Shown one piece after another: positions 11,905 to 22,400 of a stretch of DNA of 64,000 bases; positions within the stretch are counted from its first letter, which is position 1, and each line of letters starts with the position of its first letter. The position numbers and the translations under genes are program-made. The DNA is taken from the NCBI GenBank assembly GCA_051362555.1, contig CM120640.1, positions 58,320,788-58,384,787 of the forward strand, in the 5' to 3' direction. Under the pieces are notes generated by a model. The model worked only from the letters and a program-made list of their open reading frames with translations, did not search any database and was not told the origin of the DNA. Origin of the DNA: Lingula anatina. Lineage: Eukaryota > Animalia > Brachiopoda.

Positions 11905-14734
11905 TTACTTTCCACACAGGGGTTTCAGTGTATTCATTATCATGTATCTGGAAAATGCCACGTAAAGCCACCGAAACCACACATACTGGCTGGCATGAGC
12001 TTCCATAGCTTTCTGTAATGAAAGAATTTTTTAGCAATATGGATCTGCTGTTGGGGAAACAGTATTCAACATGACTCAAGTCTATGATATGGACCTATAA
12101 TAAGTTATAAATGATAATCATAAAGGACTACTAGGCCATATCTTGTAAGTCTTGCCCATTTAACTAAATAATAATACTTGCCTTAGCTTTGTGTACATCC
12201 AGCCAATTACTCAACATAAGCTGACCATCAAAATAAAAACTGTATGGAAGATCCAAAAGTAGAGAATATTTCCTCAGGAGATTCACACTGACTAGTCTAT
12301 ATGCTTCAATCTCTGAAAATATTTAAACATTCACTTAAACCATTAATTTTTATTTTCTCTGACAAAATAAGAGGTACTGAGATAAATTAAACATATTACC
12401 TCAGAAAATGCATTTCAATTGTAAAATGATGCTCAAATCAAAATATATATTCTCAGATTACTGGCATATTCAGCATCTTTATGCCATAAAATAAATGCAA
12501 TAACTATTATGCAAAAAACTTACTTGATCTCCTCTGTGACTTGGTGAACAGAGATCTGGAAAGAAAACCCATATATTACAAAGTGAATCATTTCAGAAAA
12601 ACACCAGCTTTTGTAGTAGACCATTGACACCACTTTTTTAAAATTGAAATCTGAAAATAATTATTCAAGTGCAGATGTGTCTTAACTTAGACACCTTGCC
12701 AAAAGAGTTGACAAATTATACATTATAAAAGGACTTAAATCTGCTATCTTAGCTTATACACACACTAAGGGGGCTTTCCCAGAGATTTAGATCGATCTAA
12801 AGATTATGTTTTAGATCGACCTAACTCCCTGGGGGTTCACGCTAAATTGCAGTCAGCCCAGCGGGCACCATAGTTAATTACCCCCTTACAGCTTTTAGTA
12901 GGCGGGACAGACGCTTAAGCCGGCCAAGCTGACAGACTCCCCACAGGGATAGATCGATCTAAAAATCTATGGAAATGGGGTGTAAGTACAATGATTACAA
13001 GTGATTTTCCAAGTGATGCATAACATTTTTAATGTTTAAAAATTTTCGACTGTACATGGAAAGAAATTGTTACCATTACACATGCATGTCTATAAATGCT
13101 TACTTCACTCCATGATATACTGCAATATGATTTCTATGCCCACTAACACCATACCCATCAAAGGTTATTACCTGCAAAACAATATAAATCAAAAAGGGCA
13201 TCTTTATAATGAGAATATGGTGTTTGCACATGCTTATTTATAATAAATATAAGTTAAATGCACAGACTTTTTGCAGAAAAAAGGAACTTTTGGAGGTCAA
13301 AATCCAATGCAGAGTTACTTTAAAGTACTTATAATTAATGAAATTTAGGTTACAGTAACCCCACAGTGTACAGACTCTATAGGTGAAGAAGCTTGTCTCC
13401 AGTTCCTGGCTGAGCCTTATATGCTGTATTGATCCTAGACAGCACATATATCTGAACAATGATATTGACAATACATCAGCTTCAGGGCAGTGCACAGCTG
13501 GTCACGATAAAGTCAGATGACAGTAAAGACTTTGACTGTTCAATGATCAAATATAAATAAATTTAACTGAGCACGCATCATTTAACTTTTTTATAAATTT
13601 ACATGAACCAAATTTCGTGCAAAATATGAAAGAAAATTAAATAAATAAAATAATAAAATACATACACAACCAATGGAGAATTCTTTGATATGCTGCTGAA
13701 CAACATCTGCCACTATTAATGGATCCCAGTTAAAATTAGGATCATCTGGCAAAGAGCTACAAAAGGGTAACAAATGAAAAGATAATTACTCAGTATGTAG
13801 GCAAAAACCACTAAAATTATCTTTTGTTCAAAGCTAAATATACCAAAATATTGTTCAGTCAAAATCTTATCTATGGTTATTTATCAAATTTGGAATGAAA
13901 TGAAAATCAGCATTCTAGGGATTCTTTTGGTGATAAAAAGTTAGTAAAATCCTGTAACTATAGATTGTTAAATATACAATAATATTTGTGAATTGGGTTT
14001 TCATTCACCCATGCATCTAAGCCTCTAATCACACTTTACTTAAGGAACCATCATTTTGTACACCTAGTTTACATTTATATTAATAAGAATTAACAAAAGC
14101 TAACCTATGATCTAGCACTGTAACATTTTTCAAAGGTATACCAAGTATTGCACAGCTCTTCTGTAACTCTTTTTTCCTTATATCTCCTTTTTGGTTATAA
14201 TTTCCTGGAATGATGATAAAACAAAGCTTTATATAAATACATTATCTGGTCTCAAAAGACATAAAACCATCACAATGATTCTGAATGTTTTTAAATACAT
14301 GTATGACAGTATCTGAGACATTATTTTCAATAATTCCATATCCTAATAAAATTCAATCCTCCCTACAATATCAAGCTTTAGAGAATCGGCAATCCCAGGT
14401 TAACCCATCTGAACAGCCAGTCCCCAAACAAACTATTGCCCAAAATTGTGTGTATTAAACATAGACGGGAAAACAAAAGTTAACAATGTTTGTTTCAATG
14501 TTTTATCCAGACTTTACCTGATGACAGACAAAGGAGATGTACCTCATGCCCCGTTTTTCGAAGCTGGAATATAGTAGGGCTAAAAAACATGCATTCGTCA
14601 TCAGGATGCGCTGTAACAATTAAAACATCGTGTGATGAAATAAAAGTCTTCCCAGCTGGAGATATGAATCTAATAAATTTATGAATACCCAAAAATAATA
14701 TCACAAGCAACGCAGCAATCGGAATCGTGATCAT
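11905..14734 (-). CDS. PIGL: N-acetylglucosaminyl-phosphatidylinositol de-N-acetylase (GPI anchor biosynthesis step 2), complete, 7 exons
   Basis: Exons 14734-14518, 14204-14105, 13756-13666, 13171-13104, 12555-12524, 12312-12182, 12012-11905 (TAA). Hydrophobic N-terminal anchor, catalytic AHPDDECMFF, LCLSSGNY...RKKEL..SC..LG, LPDDP, ITFDGYGVSGHRNH, C-terminal AMEAHASQYVWFRWLYVAFSRYM. The last intron uses a GC donor. Confidence 0.95.
12769..12982. mobile_element. Harbinger/PIF-like MITE in PIGL intron 4
   Basis: TAA on both sides (12766-8, 12983-5). Imperfect subterminal inverted repeats with core TAGATCGATCTA. Homologous, in opposite orientation, to the copy at about 53500-53752. Confidence 0.7.
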
Positions 14735-15183
14735 CTTTCACCGGCGATGCCGCAAAAAATATGTCGTAATAAACATGAAATAATAGAGTTTAAAAATAAA
14801 AATTGAATATTAAACTTTGAAACACACAGTGTACACAAAATGCTTTCCTATTCAAAAATATCCCTACAACAATTGTTAATTTGAATCCTGGTATTAATAT
14901 TTACGACATTGTCTTTATTTCACGTACCCATATATGATGCGCAAAATAATGCGCAATACGCTGTAAACAACGTCTCCTTGGCGACTAGTGAAATTGGATG
15001 GGCAAGTAGGTTTTAAAAAGCGAGGAAATTTTGTAAATTTGAGGCTTCTCAACAGGAAAGCAAAATTGTGAGTTATTATGACTATATCGTTTGTCATATT
15101 TATCAAAGAATCGACCAAGTAACAAGGTTTATCGCGTAAAAATTCGTTTAGAACCACATAGCTAAGTTGAAAGTGTCACAGTC
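14735..15183. promoter_or_regulatory. Putative bidirectional promoter between PIGL and CFAP251, with Forkhead motif and X-box-like element
   Basis: Divergent ATGs separated by only 449 bp; locally more CpG. GTAAACAA at 14963-14970 and GTCTCCTTGGCGAC at 14972-14985. Confidence 0.7.
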
Positions 15184-16424
15184 ATGGCAGACGAAGAAAA
15201 GGCTTCAGCACCGGCTGAAGTTGGTGAGACAAATGAAACTGAAGCAAAAGAGGCGGTTCATGAAGCGGAACAGAAAAATGCTGAATCTGAACAAAAAGCA
15301 GATCAGTCTGAAGAATCCACAGCTCAAAACGAAGTAGTGGATACAGCTCCAACAGAGGCGGAAGGTGCTGTTGTGAACACTGGTGAAACGTCTGTAGAAG
15401 CTACAGCACCTGCAGCCACAGAAGATGGTGAGGGAGGTGTGGATGAAACTGAGCAGGCGAAAACTGCAGAAGCTGATACAGAAGCTGCCGAAAAAGCCCC
15501 TACTCCCATTGTAACAGATATTAAAGAGGAAGAGAAAGATCCATCAGATCCATCAAATAAGAGTGAGGGCGAGAAAGCCCCATCACCTGATGATGTAGAA
15601 AAGGTGGATGCAGGAGAGGAGCCTAAGGAAACAGTAGCTACCAATGATTCCCAAGAACCAGCAGCTGCTGACAACACCCAAGAACCAGCAGCTGCTGACA
15701 ACACCCAAGAACCAGCAGCTACTGACAACACCCAAGAACCTGCCGCTACTGACAACACCCAAGAACCAGCAGCTACTGACAACACCCCAGAACAAGCACA
15801 AGATGAGCATGAGGAAGGGGTTGTTGGTACAGATAAACCACCAACATCAGCAGCTGCAGAAAACCAGGGAATGGGACCTTCTGAAACAGATGCTGATGAA
15901 AAAGCAACTTCACCACCTGCTGAAAAGCCACCTACTCCCCCTGAGGCACCGGATGCTCCCAGAATGGCAGGACCTCCACCGCCCATACAACTTGACTCAC
16001 CTAAACCACCTACTCCTTCTGAGGTACCACAGCAGCCTGCTGATCTCAAACCGCCTACTCCGCCTGAGCCAACTGTTAATGCAGTATCACCACCGGCAGC
16101 AGAATCACCAGCAGTACAACCATTAGAACAAACTGCTGCACCACAATCAGAACTGCCAACAGAGGGTTCTGCTGATGGTGCTCAAGTTCCAACAGAAGAA
16201 GTGCCACCACCACCACCACCTGATGCACCACCAGCACCTCACCAGCCATCACAAACACAGAATATACTTACAGTGGATGCAGATGTACCTGTGGATGAAT
16301 CACCATTTTCTGCCTTGGTAGGTGGATAGCTATTACTTAAAGTGTATCTTTAATAAATGGTAAAGTCCTATGTAAGTATGTTGCTCCTGTTTTTTCATTT
16401 GCTTCCAATGTTTTTTTCTTTTTT

Positions 16425-16494
<70 letters not shown>

Positions 16495-19400
16495 TACCAG
16501 TTCTTCATATTTGACTATATTCTAAGATTTTTTTTTTTTTTTTTTTTTTTGGGGGGGGGAGGGGGGTCCCATTGATTTAAACTGGTTATCCATTGCTTAT
16601 GTTATATAAAAATTACTTACAACCAGAAAAATGCAAGCAAAGATGCTAAATTGAATATTGATAAGATGTGTCAAAAATGTTTGTCTAAATATATTTGAAA
16701 AATCAATATATTAATATTGTTTTCTTTTTTGTAATTGTTTGGTTGTTGTGTAGGGTCATTATTCCGTTTATTTTATCATGGTTAACACACTTTCCAGAAC
16801 CTAATATGGTCATTTGGTATGAACAAAAATATCCCAGTTCTCAACTTGACAGATCCAAACAGAAAGATGATAGCATATGCTTGTGCACATGCTGGTATTT
16901 TGTACAACTTTAGGGATAACACACAAAAGATATTACAAGGACATGTAAGTTACATAAATATGAATTTTATGTACAGAATTCTAGTTGTTTAATATATATT
17001 TTTAAGAATATAATTTTTATATATTTACTTAATACTGTTTATTTTATACTTATTTTTAGAAATTTAATTCATACATATATATAATATTCATAAGATATCA
17101 ACTTAATAATTTCTTAACATGTTATGCTGAAAATTGTACTTGTGTATTAATGTTTCTGATATGTGTAAAAGGTTCTGTTTTCTTTCCAGTGCAACCCTCT
17201 GTCCTGTATGTGCACTAGTGCAGACAAAAGATGGTTGGTAACAGCAGACAAAGGAAGAGATAACTTGGTTATCATCTGGGATACATCATCAGGGTAAGCC
17301 AAATCAGAGGAGGTGTGCATTGATTTTATTGGTAGCTGTGCACATACTGCTTTTTATATATTTTAAGGCAATTTTCGTTTAGGTAAATATTGTTGATGAA
17401 ATCAAAAACATCCCAGACTGACACTTTGGTACAGTTATGCATGCTGTATAATGTGAAGCTACCCATTACCAACTATATTTTAGTCTTTGGTTTGCAAATG
17501 TTTGTGATGCTATATAAAAGCATTGCCTTTAATTATGCCTTTAACTATTTTAGTGTACCAGTTCAAACACTTTTTGATCCACACCCTGAGGTAGGGGTGG
17601 CAGCCATTGCTATGACTCCAGATGCCAAATACATAGCAACCATCAGTGCTGCAGAGGATCAGGTAAAAATGAACAGAAATCACTTCACAGTCTACACAGA
17701 ACAACACTGTCTAAATATAATACTTTATGATAAATCTGCTATGTTCTGTTGTAGTTTTAGCAGATTTAAGTCTTTAAAGATGTTTATTTGTATATGATGA
17801 AAAATTAAATGGTAGCTTTAGTGAAAGGTCTGAAATTTGGAGCAATTACTCATTTTTTGTTTTTGTGACGTATATGTTATCAATACCAATAAGTGTTGAC
17901 AATCATAACTACCTCAATTGGACTTTTATTGATAAATGGTACTGCCTGATACTTAAACAGTCTAGTATATCAACATTTATGATATGAATAATTTTATCCA
18001 GACTCTGAGTATTTGGGACTGGACTGTTGATGGAGAGAAGCCTGTGTGTAAAACAAACCTCAAGGCAGAGTATGGGCATCAGGTATGAAAAACAAGGAAA
18101 TAAATTTTTGTCACTATTTTCATTTTGCAGCTTATGTTAAATTTTTTTTCGTTTATAGTTTCTCTATATGTTTTTTAATGACTGGTGATCAACAGATTTC
18201 TATTCTTGGAAACTGCTTGCATTTTCAAAAATAATACATGTAAGTTATTCATTAAGTTTTCTTAGATTGTACAACTGTTGTGGTGATCAACAGAATTATG
18301 TTCTTGGAAACTGCTAGTTCTTATTAAAAGAAAATAAAGAAATCATTATGGAATTCTTTAAAAATAGTGTGGTGAGTCAAGGAGTGCTATCCAGATTCTG
18401 TTTTCAAGTTTCAAAGATAATATTCATAGGTATTTCTTTTTTTTTTTCAGCACTACATTCATTTCAACCCAGATGATACCTTCCAGCTGGTCAGCAACAG
18501 TGAAAGCCAAGTCATCTTTTATTCTTGGGTATGTGAACAAAACCAGTTGGTATTCAGAACAAGATAACATTTCATTATGATTTTTCCCAATAATGAAGTT
18601 TTTCAGGTTTCTGTTGCTTAGTTTGGTATACCATTCATCATTCTTGTAATTGTGGTTTCCTTGAGCTCAACTACTACAACTGAGACCTGCAAAACCATAT
18701 TGTTCAACCAAATTATGAGCATAGAAAAGACAGACATTTTAATTTATGCAAAGTGCAAACTATCATGGTTTCCACACTTTTAAATTTACTCTAGACTCTA
18801 GTAAACATACTTAGGCTCCGTTTACATGGAAAATCTATTTTCTAAAAATCTAAAAATCTATTTTCGGTATCCTGTGATCACGGTCTGTGCCCTGGATACC
18901 CCGCGGCGTAATTACTGGCAGCGCGAGCGAGTTACTTCCATAGCTGTAATTAATTCTCGGCTGCGCTCGGAGGAGATTCTGATACCTTGATGCATCGCTT
19001 GCCATCGGATCATGATGGTTGCACTCATATCTGTCATGTGTATAAGGTCTTCACCTTCTTCGTCTTGTTGTTGCACAAAATCGACAAACACAATTTTCAA
19101 AGCAACCGTGACCGCCATTTACTTTCTAACTTCCTACTGCGCTTGCATCAAGGTATCAGAATCTCCTCCGAGCGCAGCCGAGAATTAATTACAGCTTTGG
19201 AAGTAACTTGCTCGCGCTGCCAGTAATTACGCCGCGAGGTATCCAGGGCACAGACCGTGATCACAAGATACCAAAAATAGATTTTCAGATTTTTAGAAAA
19301 TAGATTTTCCATGTGAACGGAGCCTTATTGTATCATCTATGTTTGACAGCCTTAAAAACTACTGAATCAGTTGAACAATATTCACTTAATATCCATGGTA

Positions 19401-22400
19401 TCTTATATGGTTTGGGCCTTGGTATTGTAGTCCTCAGGTCAGTTGGAGTACTTTGCCCCACCTCTACAAGATGAGGATTTCAACAAGCAAGTAGGTCGAT
19501 ACAGTCAGACCATCTACCAAACCAACAGTTCAAGAGCACTCACAGCAACATCAGTGGGTAACCTGGTGGTATGGGACAATAACAAACCATTAACTAAAGG
19601 TGAGAACAGTATTTTGTATCAGATGTATGGGTTCTATTCTGTAAAACTGAGTTGGTAAAATAATTATACCAACTCAATTTTACTGAAAAATTGAGGTTTT
19701 TGCAATATATTTATTAGTTTAATAGTAGTCTTTATTAGGTGATATAACTGTTGTTTATATAGTAGTCATGACCCATGTATTACAGTTGCATTACCCCTTC
19801 AAAAATACTTCTGAGTCTTAGGTATCATTGCAACTGATTTCACATTTTACTACAGCAATTCATCCTTGTAGTATGTGTAAGAAATATGTACTTTATGTAC
19901 AACTGGAAGACATGACATTTTGACAAAAGACATGATGGTGATCATAGATCTATTAGATAGTCAAGTGCATGTACAGAAACACTTAATGTGCGGTGAAACC
20001 GTTTTGTATTTTCAGTTGTCAGCACTGATCCTTCACCAGACAAGAAAGCACTGAAGCTTGTTAAGCTGCAAGATAGAGCAATCAATGTTCTTACTACAAC
20101 TGACGGGTAAGTGTTTACAGACATATATCTCTGATGATAAGCATTTGCAATATTGAATCACAGAGGGTAAATGGTTTGATAGCAGTGTGTTTTTTTCCCT
20201 CCTGTTAATTTTATTTTCATTTTTTTTTCAGTACAGCAAAATGCTTTCTCACCCTACGTAAAATAGAAGTAGCATGAATAATGTTTTTGTAGCTTGTTAT
20301 AAAAATTGCTGTTTTCCATACTTTTCACAATTCTCATTGGTTTATGTTAATTTTTTAGACTGATGTTCTTTGCGGTCAGACTAAGGCTTCATTCACATGC
20401 AATGTCTATTTTCTAAATTTTATTTTCTATTCGCAGTATGTCTTATGATCACCACCCTGAGCTTCAGAGCTAACTTGACACTAACCTTTTCACTGTAGCC
20501 TATCTCCATCGTGTCAAGTAACCTCTGACCAGATTCGATTGCCTCCGCCGCCCGCCAATCAAATTTAAAAGCCCGCACTCAATGACTCATTAAACGATCT
20601 AGCCAATGAACGCGAACGAGTCAAAGCGCGCTTTGTTCAAATCCGGACCAATCAAAGATAAGGCTGAATATCAGGGACTTGCCGTAACCTGTGGGCAGCA
20701 CGCAAATAACATCGACTCTCAGTAGATAATGATGCAGGGCCTCAAACTGCTAGACCCTATGGTTTCAATTCCGATTTACTCATATTTTGCAAAGAATCAA
20801 GAGATAACTTAACACATTCTTTTTCGTAGTCACTCGCCTTGCTTTCTTTGTGTACGGTAATACACTCGGAACTACTCGGATGTCTCCGCACTCGACAATA
20901 ACTATGTTGTTAGTATGGAGCTTGCGGAATCAGCCGAGGATTGCCGATTGACGGTTAACCAATCAGCGTTTTCACCAAACTTTGGTGAAAAATTTTGAAA
21001 CATGGATTTGATTGGCTTATATAAACTAGGTCAAACTATTTTCGTCAGAGGTTACTTGACACGATGGAGATAGGCTACAGTGAAAAGGTTAGTGTCAAGT
21101 CAGCTCTGAAGCTCAGGGTGATGATCACGGTCTGTGCCCTGAATATCCCGCAGCGTAATTACTGGCAGCGCGAGCCAGTTACTATAAGTTACTATAAGTA
21201 ACTGGCTCGCGCTGCCAGTAATTACGCGGCGGGATATTCGGGGCACAGACCGTGATCATAAGATAGCGCGAATAGAAAATAGATTTTTAGAAAATAGACA
21301 TTCCATGTGAACGAAGCCTAATGTTGCGTAATTCTATTTCCAGATATATTGTAACAGGGGATGTCTTAGGCCACGTTCGCTTCCTAGACCAGACACTTAA
21401 GCTGATTATGTGGTAAGAATTAGTTCAGCATTACTACAAGTGTATGATTAACAGTGTTATTAATAGATGTATATTCAGTGTGTTTTACCCTTAATTTCTT
21501 GGGCTTTCAATAAGATATATTGTTTTAGAAGTTGTTGGCATAGCATCATGGTTATTTTCTTATCATTCATCTGTATGATTTCCTGCGCCACGTGTCATAA
21601 TTGTGACTTATCCAAATTGAAGTATGATATTTCATTGTGACAGGTATCAAGATTTCAATCTGGGGCCTATCAGTTCCATCTCTTTTGCTTGTGATCCCCA
21701 ATTTCATGACAGGTGAGAACAGTGTTCATTGAGTAAAAAGCTGGCACTGATGATAATGTCATTAATAACACTATCACTTGTGTTTATTTAATACACATTT
21801 CACTGTCATTATTGCTTGAGTTTCAGTGTACCACACTTGGTGTTATTTCACAGGTAATAATAGTAATGCACGTGTAACATGAAGTGTCACAGCAGAGATA
21901 ATGTGTAGTTTGTTTTCATGTTCATAGCAGATAATGTTTTTCTGATTGAGTAATAGCCCACTAACTCACTGGTGTTCATTTCACGGCACTCTCATTTGCA
22001 ATATGCACTGCACTTTTCCATTATAGAACTGAGGATACATGGGAGGAGGAGCAATTTGGACAGCATCAGAGTTTGAGGTTAGCATTTTAAATGTTGTAGG
22101 ATATTCACCACCCTTTAAATATTTGTCAGAATTTTTTTGTATTCTCAGGTAAAATCTTAGATTTTCTCAATATAAGACTGAAAAAAGAAAGAGTAAAATA
22201 TTTTTTCAGTAATATAATGTAAGCAGAAAACAATAGCTCACCAATTATTAAAACATTGATAACTGCCAGATTATCTTACATGTACATCAAGCCAAGATGG
22301 GTCTCTGATCATTGACTAGCAGGCATTGGATTTCATTAAACAGTATACTGCATGTTAAGTTCCCTAGTGCTAATGACATTTTATTGAATTTTAACTAACA

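Noticed and set aside
15324-16126. 241-aa antisense ORF and 160-aa alternate-frame ORF over CFAP251 exon 1
   Set aside because: Shadow ORFs from biased Ala/Glu/Pro codons and the 27-bp repeat; no recognisable domain.
18183-18317. About 37-bp direct repeat pair 98 bp apart in a CFAP251 intron
   Set aside because: Real but an ordinary local duplication with no snoRNA boxes or element termini.
18912-19226. Opposite-strand ORFs sharing [17 protein letters not shown]
   Set aside because: Artefact of the MITE's inverted repeats.
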